Shown here one piece after another: positions 16,905 through 27,240 of a stretch of DNA of 64,000 nucleotides. Below the pieces are notes generated by a model. It was not told the DNA's origin. It made no database searches and was given only the letters and a program-made list of their open reading frames with translations. Every line of letters starts with the position of its first letter. Position 1 is the stretch's first letter. Source of the stretch: an uncultured Actinomycetes bacterium (GTDB lineage Bacteria; Actinomycetota; Thermoleophilia; RBG-16-64-13); contig CAWJDT010000005.1 in assembly GCA_963841735.1 (NCBI GenBank), positions 254,620 through 318,619 on the forward strand. The letters are read 5' to 3'. The translations under genes were made by a program, and so were the position numbers.

Positions 16905-18257
16905 TCACATGCGTGGACCAGAAGGCGGCACCCACTGCTGCGAGAACACGAACTCGCCGGTCAGGTCGATGTAGCCCTGCTGGCCATCCATCCACACCTG
17001 GGCGAGCGCGCCCTCGAACGGAGAGGCCCCCGTGTACCGCGGCGATATCACCCACGCACCCGTCGTATCGATGTAGCCGAAGAGATACGGGTTGTCATCG
17101 GCGCTGACGCGGTCTTTCTTCACCGCCATCCCCGCCACAGCGAGACCCTCCGAGAACAGGCCGGCCCTGGCGAACTGTGGGTCGATCGCCCAGGCCCCGG
17201 TCTTGTCGATGTAGCCCCACTTGCCACCGGAACAGACCGCGGCGAGTCCCTCAGAGAAGTCGCCGGCATCCTGGAACTGCGGTTCGATGACCCTGGCGCC
17301 GGTGGTGTCGATCCAGCCGGATCCTTTGCCATCGACGCGGACAAGAGCAAGCCCCTCCCGGAACGACTGCGCATCTTCGTACTGCGGCTCGATCACTTCC
17401 GCGCCCGTCTTGTCGATGAAACCCCACAGCCAGGTGTTCTCGGAGGGGTGAGCGCACACGACCGCGAGGCCTTCCGAGAAGGGTAGGGCATAACCGTACC
17501 GCGGCTCCACCAGCACCTTGCCGATCTTGTCGATGAAGCCTATCAGATTGCCCGTCTGCACCATCCCGATGCCCTCAGAGAAGCCATCGGCATAGTCCCA
17601 TTCCTCTCTGGGCTCGATGACCCACTCACCCATCTTGTCGACGAACCCGCACTTGTTTAGATCATCGTCCGAGCTGTATCCCGCCCCGGCTAGACCCTCA
17701 GCGAACGGCGACACCACCTGGAACTCCGGCGGGATGACCCAGGCTCCGGTCTTGTCGATAAAGCCGTACCGGCCACCCGGCTCTTGGGCGGGGGCAAGTC
17801 CCTCCGAAAAGGCCAGAACCCATTCGAAACGCGGTTCGATGGCCCAGGCGCCGGTAGTGTCGACGAAACCCCACAAGGGCGGACCCACCTCCAAGTCGCC
17901 CCCGGCCACCGAGACCACCGCGGCAGCCAGACCGTCGACGAAGACGGGCTGCTCCACAAACCGCGGCTCGATCACGATGGTGCCGGTGTTGTCGATGAAG
18001 CCCCACTTCTCGTCCACCTGGACAGGGTAGAGCGCGACGTCCTCCGTCTGAGCGTCCCCCTGAGTCTTCTGGGGGTCAGAACTCGCGGTGTCAACAAGAC
18101 CCGCCACGGCAGTAGTGGTGGTAGCCGCGTCCGCGACGGTGGTGATGGTGCTTCCTGTGGCCACAGCACCGCCGGAGGAATCACAGCCGGCGACCCATAG
18201 TCCCAAGGCGGCGGCGATAAGTGCAGCGGCAGCAAGAAGATGGAATCTGGGCACCAT
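16905..18257 (-). CDS. WG-repeat lipoprotein 3
   Basis: GGGGAGG RBS, ATG 18257 overlapping the upstream TAA, lipobox VAGC, Thr-rich linker, WG repeats. Confidence 0.9.
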   Translation of the reverse strand: MVPRFHLLAAAALIAAALGLWVAGCDSSGGAVATGSTITTVADAATTTTAVAGLVDTASSDPQKTQGDAQTEDVALYPVQVDEKWGFIDNTGTIVIEPRFVEQPVFVDGLAAAVVSVAGGDLEVGPPLWGFVDTTGAWAIEPRFEWVLAFSEGLAPAQEPGGRYGFIDKTGAWVIPPEFQVVSPFAEGLAGAGYSSDDDLNKCGFVDKMGEWVIEPREEWDYADGFSEGIGMVQTGNLIGFIDKIGKVLVEPRYGYALPFSEGLAVVCAHPSENTWLWGFIDKTGAEVIEPQYEDAQSFREGLALVRVDGKGSGWIDTTGARVIEPQFQDAGDFSEGLAAVCSGGKWGYIDKTGAWAIDPQFARAGLFSEGLAVAGMAVKKDRVSADDNPYLFGYIDTTGAWVISPRYTGASPFEGALAQVWMDGQQGYIDLTGEFVFSQQWVPPSGPRM

Positions 18258-19585
18258 TACTCGACCTCCCCTTTCGTGTCCTCTACTGACGCGCCCGGCC
18301 AGATCACCTTGCCGGTCGAATCGATGTAGCGGTATTTGTCCGTGGGATACGACATGCCCCAGTCCGGGATCTCGTCGTACCAAGGCATGACCATAGCCAG
18401 CCCTCCGGAGAAGGAGTCACCAATATAGTACCGCGGCTCGATGACCCACGCGCCGGTCTTGTCGATGTACCCGACGCGGCTCGGGTGGGCGGAGTCGTTG
18501 GCGATGTCCAGGGAAACCACGGCTCTGCCCTCGGAGAAGTCGCGCGCAAAGTCGAACCGCGGCTCGATGGCCCAAGCACCGGTCTTGTCGAGGTAGCCCC
18601 ACTTGCGAAGGGTATAGGTCTTCTTGGTGTCCACCCACATGGAGGCCACACCTTCGGAGAAGTGCAGATCCCATCCAACGAGCTCCTCGGGCGAGTCCAG
18701 CTTGAACACCCAAGCGCCCGTCCGGTCCACACAGCCGCTCGTGTACCCGTCGGAGATACTCCAATCGCTCACAAAAGCCAGCCCCTCGGAGAACCCGTAC
18801 GCTTGGACAAGCCGCGGCTGGATGACCCAGGCGCCGGTCTTGTCGATGTAGCCCCAGCGGAGGATGTCGTTCGCGTCAGGCACCCGGACGGCGGCGAGGC
18901 CCTCGGAAAAAGAACGAGCGTAGTCGAAGCGCGGCTGGACCACCCAGGCGCCGGTCTTGTCGATGAAACCGTAGCGCCTGTTGCCCTGTGCGTCCCACCC
19001 GGATGCGAGCGCAAGGCCCTCGGAGAAGGGCTCGGCGTCGTCGAACCGCGGCTCGATGGCCCAAGCGCCGGTCTTGTCGATGTAGCCATGGTTGGGGGTA
19101 CCGTCGGCGTTGTATTCGTCAATCAGGGCCAGGCCCTCCGTGAACGCCCCCAGGCCCTCCCCAAACCGTGGCTCGATGACCCAGGCGCCGGTCTTGTCGA
19201 TGTAGCCCCACTTGCACGAACTTTGACTTTCGCCCGCCCCCGCGCGGCCGAGCCCCTCCGAGAACGTTTCGGCTCTCTGGAACAGGGGTTCGATGACCAT
19301 GATGCCACTGCCATCGATGTAGCCCATCTTGTCGCCCACGCCCACCGGGTGAAGATCCTCGTCGCTCAGCATGACGGTGCTCTGAGTAGTAGTGCTGGGG
19401 TCGGTGTTGGGAGCGGCGGCTGCCGTGCTCGACTGGACGCCCGGCTGGACGCTCTGCGTGGTTGTGACGGCGGGCTCGCCCGACTCGCAGCCCCCGGCTC
19501 CCAGTAGCCCCACGGCCAGGACAAGAGCCGCGATCGGCATCCCCAAACCACTGGCGAAGGGCAGATGGCTCGTGCGATTCCACAT
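18257..19585 (-). CDS. WG-repeat lipoprotein 4
   Basis: GGAGGGG RBS before ATG 19585, lipobox-like AGGC, very regular GYIDKTGAWVIEPRF units. Confidence 0.9.
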   Translation of the reverse strand: MWNRTSHLPFASGLGMPIAALVLAVGLLGAGGCESGEPAVTTTQSVQPGVQSSTAAAAPNTDPSTTTQSTVMLSDEDLHPVGVGDKMGYIDGSGIMVIEPLFQRAETFSEGLGRAGAGESQSSCKWGYIDKTGAWVIEPRFGEGLGAFTEGLALIDEYNADGTPNHGYIDKTGAWAIEPRFDDAEPFSEGLALASGWDAQGNRRYGFIDKTGAWVVQPRFDYARSFSEGLAAVRVPDANDILRWGYIDKTGAWVIQPRLVQAYGFSEGLAFVSDWSISDGYTSGCVDRTGAWVFKLDSPEELVGWDLHFSEGVASMWVDTKKTYTLRKWGYLDKTGAWAIEPRFDFARDFSEGRAVVSLDIANDSAHPSRVGYIDKTGAWVIEPRYYIGDSFSGGLAMVMPWYDEIPDWGMSYPTDKYRYIDSTGKVIWPGASVEDTKGEVE

Positions 19586-19696
19586 GTCTACCCCTCCGAT
19601 CATGCTATTCCCCAACGTGATAGCCGATTGGACTGATCCTACTCGCACCAGGTTTCCCCCGGCCGCGCGCGACTCGGGCGACGCCGCTCCGCCCGC

Positions 19697-22327
19697 CTAC
19701 TCCTCCCAGGCTATCAACGGCAATTCATTGGGGATAAGCACGTCGTCGTTGCGCGGCAGCACCCGCACCGTATATCCGTGCGTACCCGAGGTCCGGCCGG
19801 CCACCATCCCCCGATAGACGTGCTCGCCGTGCTCACACTCCGCCCAGGTGAGCGGAGTGCCTCGGCCGTTGCGCAGCCCTCCGTCGGGACGGAGACGACT
19901 GGTGTAGACCTCCACGACGACTTCCGAAGGATCCAGGCAGCCCAGGGCCACTTTGGCGGTCACCTCGAACTCCTCGCCTGCCCTCACCACCGAGCCGTCC
20001 CTACCGTCCACCCAGGTGACTCTCACGTCACACCAAACGTCGCGCACCCGCGACTTCCAGGCGGAGATCTCCTTTGCCTTGGCGAAGCCATCGGCAGACA
20101 CCTGCCTATAGCGCGCGGCCGCCGGCAGATAGAACTGCTCGGCATATTGCCTCACCATGCGGTCGCCCGAAAAGACGGGAGCCAGCGCCCCTATGGACTT
20201 CTTCATCATCGCGATCCAGCCTCGCGGCAGCCCGTCCTCGTCGCGCTGGTAGAAGAGGGGAACCACTTCCCGCTCCAACAGCGTGTATAGAGAATCGGCT
20301 TCGATCTCGTCCTGGTAATCCGAATGGGCGAATTCCTGGCCGTCGCCTATCGCCCAGCCCACGCCCGGCCGGTAGCCTTCGACCCACCAACCGTCTAGGA
20401 CGGACAGATTGAGGCCGCCGTTGGGCACCACTTTCATGCCGCTGGTGCCGCAGGCCTCGTATGGACGGCGGGGGGTGTTGAGCCACACGTCGGCCCCTTG
20501 CACCAGCAGACCGGCCTTGCGCAGATCGTAGTCTTCGACGAAGACAACGTGGTCGCTGAGGCCCTCCCGGTTGACCGTCTCGAGCATCTCTCGGATGAAA
20601 TCCTTGCCCGCGCCATCCCGGGGATGGGCTTTGCCGGCCATGACAAACTGCACCGGCCGTTCTTCGTTTAGGACTATGGCCTTGAGCCGCTCGACGTCAT
20701 GAAGCAAGAGCGTGGCCCGCTTGTAGGTAGCGAAGCGCCGCGCGAAACCGATGGTGAGAATGTCGCCTCGCAGCGGCAAGTGCGCGAGTGGCTCTCTCCC
20801 CCGCCCGGCCCGGTGGCCGCGGGCCTGGGCCTGAGCCTGCGCTTGGGCGTAGGCCACCAGCCGCTCCCGCAGGGCAACGTGCGTCCGCCACAACTCCTCG
20901 TCGGGGATGCCGGCCACCCGCTCCCAGGACCCGGGAACCGAGGCATCAAACCGCCACTCAGCGCCCAGGTGCCGGTCGTACAGATCGGCCATCTCGTGTG
21001 CCACCCAGGTCTGGGTATGCACCCCATTGGTGACCGATTCGATCGGCATCTCCGACCGGGGAAAGTGCGCCCAACCGGGCTTCATCATGTCGGCGGTGGT
21101 GCGGCGGTGGAGGCGGCTCACGGCGTTACGGCGAGGCGAATGGCGTAGCGCCATCACCGCTACGTTGAACTCCTCTTCCGTATTCTCCCGGTTGGTCTGC
21201 CCGATGTTCATGAAGCGTTCGACATCGAGCCCCATGTCCTTGATATACGTGGCCAGATGACTCTCGATGAGCGGCGCCGAAAAGAGGTCGAAGCCCGCCG
21301 GTACCGGCGTGTGCGTGGTGAACAGGGTTCCCGCCCCGGTCCCCTGGCGGGCCTCGAGGAACGACAAACCATACTCGACCATGACGGCGCGGATGCGCTC
21401 CAGACTGGCAAACACCGAGTGCCCCTCGTTTAGGTGACAGACGTCGGGGCTGACGCCCAAGGCCTTGAGAGCCCTCATTCCGCCGATGCCCAGCAACAGC
21501 TCCTGAGAGAGCCGCTCTTCCGGTCCGCCCCCGTACAGCTCATCGGTCATGCGCTGCGCCGCGTGGTCGTTCTCGGGCAGGGCGCTGTCGAGCAGGTACA
21601 GACTGATGCGACCCACCTGTGCCCGCCACACCCGAGCCCAGACCAGACGGTCGGCGATCTCCACCGCCACCTTGAGAGGCTCGGCCAACTCGGCCGGAGT
21701 CGCCGGTTCGGCGCCCGGAGCGGCTGCCGGGTTCAACGATGTGCCCGTTGGCGGCCAACTCTCCCCTACCATCACAGGCAGGACGGGCAGAGTGCTGAAG
21801 TCGTGCCCGCGGTACTCCTCCTGCTGCCAGCCCTCCTGGTCGAGCTGCTGGATGAAGTAGCCTTTGTTGTAGAGAAGACCCACGGCCACCAGGGGCAACC
21901 CCAGCCCACTCGCCGACTTGAGATGATCGCCGGCCAGCACGCCCAATCCCCCGGAGTATATGGGCAGGCAGGCAGTCAAGCCATACTCCATGCAGAAGTA
22001 GGCCACGCACGTATCTGCCCGGCCCGGATGGTTCGACTGAAACCATCCCGGCTGTGCCAAATAGCGATGAAGATCGTCCAGAGCCTCATCCAAAAGGGCC
22101 AGGTAGGCTTCGTCCCCAGCGGCCTGCTTCAACCGCTCCCGTGACACCCGCCGGAGCAGTGACACCGGGTTGTCCCCGCACTTCTCCATAAGCACTGGGT
22201 CAAGGCGCCGGAACGCCTCCTGGGCCCGAGCCTCCCAGGTCCAACGAAGGTTGTGGGCCAACTCTTCTAGCCCGCTGAGTCGTTCGGGAATATCTGGATG
22301 CACATTGAACTGATGGATCTTGGGCAA
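19697..22327 (-). CDS. glgP: alpha-glucan (glycogen/starch) phosphorylase
   Basis: YSGGLGVLAGDHLKS, HLNEGH, FTTHTPV, ARRFATYKR and the PLP motif EACGTSGMK. Confidence 0.97.
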   Translation of the reverse strand: MPKIHQFNVHPDIPERLSGLEELAHNLRWTWEARAQEAFRRLDPVLMEKCGDNPVSLLRRVSRERLKQAAGDEAYLALLDEALDDLHRYLAQPGWFQSNHPGRADTCVAYFCMEYGLTACLPIYSGGLGVLAGDHLKSASGLGLPLVAVGLLYNKGYFIQQLDQEGWQQEEYRGHDFSTLPVLPVMVGESWPPTGTSLNPAAAPGAEPATPAELAEPLKVAVEIADRLVWARVWRAQVGRISLYLLDSALPENDHAAQRMTDELYGGGPEERLSQELLLGIGGMRALKALGVSPDVCHLNEGHSVFASLERIRAVMVEYGLSFLEARQGTGAGTLFTTHTPVPAGFDLFSAPLIESHLATYIKDMGLDVERFMNIGQTNRENTEEEFNVAVMALRHSPRRNAVSRLHRRTTADMMKPGWAHFPRSEMPIESVTNGVHTQTWVAHEMADLYDRHLGAEWRFDASVPGSWERVAGIPDEELWRTHVALRERLVAYAQAQAQAQARGHRAGRGREPLAHLPLRGDILTIGFARRFATYKRATLLLHDVERLKAIVLNEERPVQFVMAGKAHPRDGAGKDFIREMLETVNREGLSDHVVFVEDYDLRKAGLLVQGADVWLNTPRRPYEACGTSGMKVVPNGGLNLSVLDGWWVEGYRPGVGWAIGDGQEFAHSDYQDEIEADSLYTLLEREVVPLFYQRDEDGLPRGWIAMMKKSIGALAPVFSGDRMVRQYAEQFYLPAAARYRQVSADGFAKAKEISAWKSRVRDVWCDVRVTWVDGRDGSVVRAGEEFEVTAKVALGCLDPSEVVVEVYTSRLRPDGGLRNGRGTPLTWAECEHGEHVYRGMVAGRTSGTHGYTVRVLPRNDDVLIPNELPLIAWEE

Positions 22328-22416
22328 GGCCGCTCGATTCTTCTCCGCCGCCCAGGACGTCTTTCGGCTAGGACTTGCACATTATCCCACACGAGGAATC
22401 GCCGGCCCCAGAAACA

Positions 22417-22446
22417 CCAAAGCCCCGCGCTGCGACGGGGCTTTGG
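22417..22446. terminator. terminator-like hairpin between divergent genes
   Basis: CCAAAGCCCCG / CGGGGCTTTGG 11-bp stem. Confidence 0.55.
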
Positions 22447-22730
22447 ATTGGGGGGCCTCTATCTGCTGCCAGTGTGCACTGGGATTCCTGAACGTCGCCT
22501 GAACGCGTCTAGCCGAGCAAGGGTTCGCGGTACTGCCCTCCGCCGGCACGCCCTGGGGCTCGCTTCAGCTTTCCTACGCCTTTGCCGACCACTAAACAGT
22601 GCGTGAACGAATCGCGCGCGCTTCCACCCAGGTCGCGCGCGTTGTTGCTCAAGTCCCGAAGTTCATATAGAGAGGAACCAACATAGCCCGCCACAGCATC
22701 CTCAAAGCCACCCTGGCCGATGCCGAGGCG

Positions 22731-24287
22731 GTGGGCATCCCAGCAAGTATCTTTGCGCGCCGCTGGTTCATCCTCTGCACACTCTGCGGTAGCCTGCTTT
22801 CGGTGATGATCGCCAACGGCGGGCTGAATCTGGCTCTCCCGGCTATCGCCACCGAGCTGAAGCTGGGATCGCTGGCCCTCACCTGGGTGGTCGAGATCTA
22901 TTCGCTTCTGTTCGCCGCCCTCCTCTTCACGTTCGCCGCGGTGAGTGACCGATACGGCCGCAAGGCGGTCATGCAGGCCGGGCTGCTGCTGTTTGTGTTC
23001 AGTTCGCTCTACGCAGGCCTGCTGGCCTCGAGCGGAACGGAGCTGATCCTAGCTCGCGCCGTTATGGGAGTCGGGGGAGCGATGGTCATGCCCACCACCC
23101 TCTCTGTCATAAACGTGGTCTTTCCACCGCAAGAGAGACCGCGGGCCGTAGCCATCTGGACGGGGATCGCAGGGGTAGGGATGATGCTCGGCTTCGTGAT
23201 CGGCGGGGTACTCCTGGACCACCTCGGCTGGGAGTCCACCTTCTTCCTCAGCGCCGGGGTAGCGGTGGTCACCCTAGTCTGCAACCAATTCCTCGTCAAG
23301 GAGTCTCACGACCAGAGACGCACCCCAGTGGATTGGCTCGGCGGTTTGCTCTCCGCCACCGGCCTTCTCGGACTCGTCTACGGCATCATGGAGGCCCCCT
23401 CTCGCGGCCTTGGCGACCACTGGGTGCTCCTGGGCCTGATCGCGGGCGTCGTGTGCCTATCCAGTTTCGTGCTCTGGCAGCGCCGGACTACACACCCTAT
23501 GCTGGATGTGCGCCTGTTCAAACAGAAGGCCTTCGGCATCTCGGCCCTAGTGGTGACACTGGCGTTCTTTGCCTTGGCGGGCGTCTTCTTCGGGGTAAGC
23601 CAGTTGTTCATGCTGGTAATGGGTTTCGGGGCCTTCAAGACCTCTTTGGCCATCATCCCCATGATGATGCCCATGCTCATACTCTCGCCGCTTGTTCCCT
23701 TCCTGGCAGCGCGCATCGGAAGCCGCTGGACCGTAGCCGCGGGCCTGGTCATGGTCGCCGGGGGCTTCATCATCATGGCCCAGTGGCCCACGGTGCCCTC
23801 GCTCGGGCAGGTCTACCAAGGCATGTTGGTGTTGGCTGCCGGGCTGGCCTTCGCTATGACCCCCGCGACGAGCCTGATGATGTCGGCAGTCCCGCGCTCA
23901 CGCTCGGGCATGGGAGCGGCGATGAACGACACCACCCGTGAACTCGGCGCGGCTCTCGGTATAGCCGTGCTCGGCGCCATCCTGAGCTCCGGATATACCG
24001 ACAAGATCGGCTCCGTCCTGGGGTTCCTGCCCGAACAGGCACGCCCACTGGTGCAGAAGTCACTCGCCGGTGCTCTAGCCCTAGCGGGACAGGGCGGCGA
24101 CGCAGGAGCTCAACTGGCGCTTGTGGCTAGGACCGCCTGGATGGACACCCTCAAGTTCTCCATGGTAGTCGCGGCGATCATCTGCGCCGTCTCAGCCGCC
24201 ATCGCCGCCATCTGGATGCCACACCGCGAGAGGTGGGCGGCCCCGGATTCTCTCCCGGCGACAGAGGAAACACCCGTCGCTGAGTAG
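22731..24287 (+). CDS. MFS drug:H+ antiporter (DHA2/EmrB-QacA type)
   Basis: NLALPAI, SDRYGRK, PTTLS, LDVRLFK, NDTTRELG motifs and many TM segments. The true start may be ATA 22683. Confidence 0.92.
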   Translation: MGIPASIFARRWFILCTLCGSLLSVMIANGGLNLALPAIATELKLGSLALTWVVEIYSLLFAALLFTFAAVSDRYGRKAVMQAGLLLFVFSSLYAGLLASSGTELILARAVMGVGGAMVMPTTLSVINVVFPPQERPRAVAIWTGIAGVGMMLGFVIGGVLLDHLGWESTFFLSAGVAVVTLVCNQFLVKESHDQRRTPVDWLGGLLSATGLLGLVYGIMEAPSRGLGDHWVLLGLIAGVVCLSSFVLWQRRTTHPMLDVRLFKQKAFGISALVVTLAFFALAGVFFGVSQLFMLVMGFGAFKTSLAIIPMMMPMLILSPLVPFLAARIGSRWTVAAGLVMVAGGFIIMAQWPTVPSLGQVYQGMLVLAAGLAFAMTPATSLMMSAVPRSRSGMGAAMNDTTRELGAALGIAVLGAILSSGYTDKIGSVLGFLPEQARPLVQKSLAGALALAGQGGDAGAQLALVARTAWMDTLKFSMVVAAIICAVSAAIAAIWMPHRERWAAPDSLPATEETPVAE

Positions 24288-24365
24288 GCCGAATCCCACC
24301 CGATCCATATAGCCGCCCCAGGCAAGAAGGGCCCAGCTCTTCTTGCGAACACACTGACGCTACAA

Positions 24366-25025
24366 CTAGCGGATGCCCAGAAGCTTGTGAATCTGCAGCG
24401 AGAGACGCCACTCAGGGTGAGCCATCACCAAGGCGATGGCCCGCTTGGCGGAGTTGGTGTCGCCGGGGATCGTGCCACTCTCGGGCTGGATGAAGACCGT
24501 CGCCTCGGGGCACGACGCTGCCACCCGCTCGGCGGTGACAGCGTCGAGGCTATCGTCCGCTACCAGTTTCAGCTCGTCCACCCGTCCGCACCAACCCGGT
24601 GCCACCCTATATAGAGGAGCCTTGGGACTTACGGTGACCCAGTCGAAGTCCACACCGGCTTCTGCCGGGGGAGCCAGCGTGCCATTCGTCTCCACGTGGA
24701 CACGAATCTCGCGGCGATGCGCTTCGGCCAGCAACTCCACCACACCCTCGGCCTGCAATAGTGGTTCACCACCGGTAAGACACAGCCGGGCCAGCCGCGA
24801 GCGGCACACTATCTCGCCGAAACTCAGCTCTTCCCCCGCGCCGGGATCCCAGCTCTCCCGCGTGTCGCACCAGCGGGTGCAGGCCAGTTGCAGTTCGGGC
24901 GCGTTACACCCGACCAGCCGTACAAACGTCATGGGAGTGCCGGTCCAGAAGCCTTCGCCCTGAAGCGAATCGAAGATCTCAAGCACACGGAGAGTGGCCA
25001 TGGGGTCTCGCTGTTCGGGGGTCAT
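24366..25025 (-). CDS. queE: 7-carboxy-7-deazaguanine synthase (radical SAM)
   Basis: EIFDSLQGEG, FVRL.GCN...C..WCDT, TGGEP, ETNG, VSPK, LSLQIHK. Confidence 0.93.
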   Translation of the reverse strand: MTPEQRDPMATLRVLEIFDSLQGEGFWTGTPMTFVRLVGCNAPELQLACTRWCDTRESWDPGAGEELSFGEIVCRSRLARLCLTGGEPLLQAEGVVELLAEAHRREIRVHVETNGTLAPPAEAGVDFDWVTVSPKAPLYRVAPGWCGRVDELKLVADDSLDAVTAERVAASCPEATVFIQPESGTIPGDTNSAKRAIALVMAHPEWRLSLQIHKLLGIR

Positions 25026-25089
25026 ATGGCCCCACGATCTTATCCGTGCGTTGGCAACGCTGCAACCATCTACCCTAGAGTGGGTTGCG

Positions 25090-25118
25090 TTGACATCCCC
25101 GTGTCGGCCAGCTAGAAT
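25090..25118 (+). promoter_or_regulatory. sigma70-type promoter
   Basis: TTGACA-17 nt-TAGAAT. Confidence 0.7.
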
Positions 25119-25133
25119 GCCCCAGCAAAAAAA

Positions 25134-26844
25134 ATGAAGCGCTCCAACCGCTTCAAGGGGACGAAGAGAATGGGCGAATCAATGCCCGATGCCTGTCGCT
25201 CAATAGAGCATCCGCGCTTGAGTCCGCACCCTTGCAAGAGTAGACGATCACCGAATTGCCGTCGTCTGGTTGCGGTATGGATCGGTCTTACCGCCATACT
25301 CGTGGTGTTCTGCTCGTCTCCTGCGCCTGCCAGCGCCGCTGACACTAAGGTCCTCGTGGGCACTCACCGCTACCACACGGCCCAACTCATCTCCAAGACC
25401 ATGTTCCCGCAAGCCCTTCCCGCCGGTGCAGGCGTGGTGGTGGCTCCAGGCGAGACCTTCCCCGAAGCCCTCTGCGGAGCTCCGCTGGCCGCCGCTTACG
25501 GCGGCCCGGTTCTGCTTACGCTAAGAACCGGATTGGAGAACGGCACCAAGGCCGAACTGCAGCGTCTAGCCCCTACCTGGGTGTTTTGCATAGGCCTCCC
25601 CACCGCGGTGGTAAGGGCCATCGAGGGAGCGCTGCCAAGGGCCAAGGTCATTTCTATCAACGGAACCAACGTCTATGACATGAGCTACCGGGTGGCTAAG
25701 GCCCTGCAGCAAAAAGTGGGCGACCTCACCGGAGCCACCGCCATCATCACCATAGGCACCAACTTCCCCGACGCCCTGGGGGTCTCTCCGCTGGCCTGTG
25801 CCAAGCTATGGCCCATCCTGTTGACCGAACCCATCACCAAGCTCGTACCTGAGCCGACACTTAACCCCAAAGCCGGCCAGGCTCTATCTGAGCTAGGCAT
25901 CACCCAGGTCATCAAGGTGGGCACCTATGTCGACCACGCCGGCCAACATCAAGTACTACAACCTCTCCGGGGCCGATCGCTACTACACCAACGCCAACGT
26001 AGCCAAATGGGCCCAGGCCTATGCCGGCCTTACCTATACCCACACCGGCTTCGCCACCGGAGACAAGTTTCCCGACGCACTGGCCGCCGGACCATATTTG
26101 GCCCAAAGAAGAGGCATCCTGCTTCTTACAGGGCCCTCCACCGTTCCCCCGGCGATTTCGACTGCGATAGCGGCCCACGTCTCCGAGATACAAAGCATCA
26201 GCCTCATTGGACTGGGAAGCCCTGCCACCTGGCAACTTGCTCTGCTCGCGCCCGTCAGCAGCCCGCCCTACGCTCCCAATGTTGGTGTCGGGTCAAGAGG
26301 TGCCGCGGTCCTGTGGCTGGAGAGAAAACTGGCGAGTCTCACCTACCGGCCCGGACCGATAGACGGTGTCTACGACGAGAAGACCTACCAAGCGGTGGTC
26401 GCCTTCCAGAAATGGGAAGGCTTGGGCATCGACGGAAGCATGGCGAACATCGACTGGAGCAAGCTGTACGCCGCGAAGCCGCCCACAGCGCGCAGATCAG
26501 GCACGGTTGCCTGGATTGAGATCAACAAGTCCCGGCAGGTGCTGCTATACGTGCGCGAGGGCCAGGTCATCAGAACTCTGCCCTGTTCTACCGGAAGTGC
26601 GAGAGTCGGAGATATCACCCCATCCGGTGACTTCGCCATAACGTCGCAGTTCCCCGGGTGGCAAGGAGGAGTCTACAACGCATGCGTCTTCACACCGGCG
26701 CCAGATGGAGGGTCGGTCGCGATCCACGGTTTGGACAGTGTACCCACCTCTGCGTCCACCCACGGATGCGTTCGGCTGAAGGTCTGGGACATGGCCGAGC
26801 TCTTCCCCTACCTGGGCATAGGAACGGGCGTATTCGTCTACTAG
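25134..26844 (+). CDS. cell-wall-binding repeat 2 protein with PG-binding and L,D-transpeptidase domains (apparent frameshift near 25930)
   Basis: FPEAL, FPDAL and G.DRY.T CWB2 motifs continue across two ORFs. IDGVYDEKTYQAVVAFQ PG-binding domain. IHG...STHGCVRL YkuD motif. Start uncertain. Confidence 0.85.
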
Positions 26845-26877
26845 CAGCTCGTCCCTGTGGCGCTCTGAGCAGGTCCG

Positions 26878-27240
26878 CTAGGCAGTGACTTCCACGTAGG
26901 TGTTGGGCCCCTCACTCAAGCGCACCCGCACCACCGGTAGCCCAGCTTCCTCAAGGTGCGCAAAGGCCCAGGCGGCTACCGCCTCCACAGTGGGCACGAA
27001 GGTGAAGATCTCATTGAGTAGCTGGTGGTCCATGGGCTCCACGATCAGCTCACTCACCCGAGCCCTCAGATCGGCGAAGTCCATGACCATGCCGGCCGCG
27101 GGGCCGGACTCCTGGGGAGTGCCCTGCACCGTCACTTCGAGGCCATAGGTGTGACCGTGCAGCCGACAGCACTTGCCCTCGTGGTCGGGCAGCCGGTGGG
27201 CGGCCGCGAAGGTCGTGGAGACGGTTATGGTCGTCTTCAT
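26878..27240 (-). CDS. queD: 6-carboxy-5,6,7,8-tetrahydropterin synthase
   Basis: FAAAHRL, C.RLHGHTY, GMVMDF, DHQLLN, PTVE. ATG overlaps the queC stop. Confidence 0.95.
   Translation of the reverse strand: MKTTITVSTTFAAAHRLPDHEGKCCRLHGHTYGLEVTVQGTPQESGPAAGMVMDFADLRARVSELIVEPMDHQLLNEIFTFVPTVEAVAAWAFAHLEEAGLPVVRVRLSEGPNTYVEVTA

Noticed and set aside
18450-19210. Regularly spaced repeats resembling a CRISPR array
   Set aside because: Periods of 117-126 nt are multiples of 3, the repeats encode WG units inside an ORF, and there are no cas genes.
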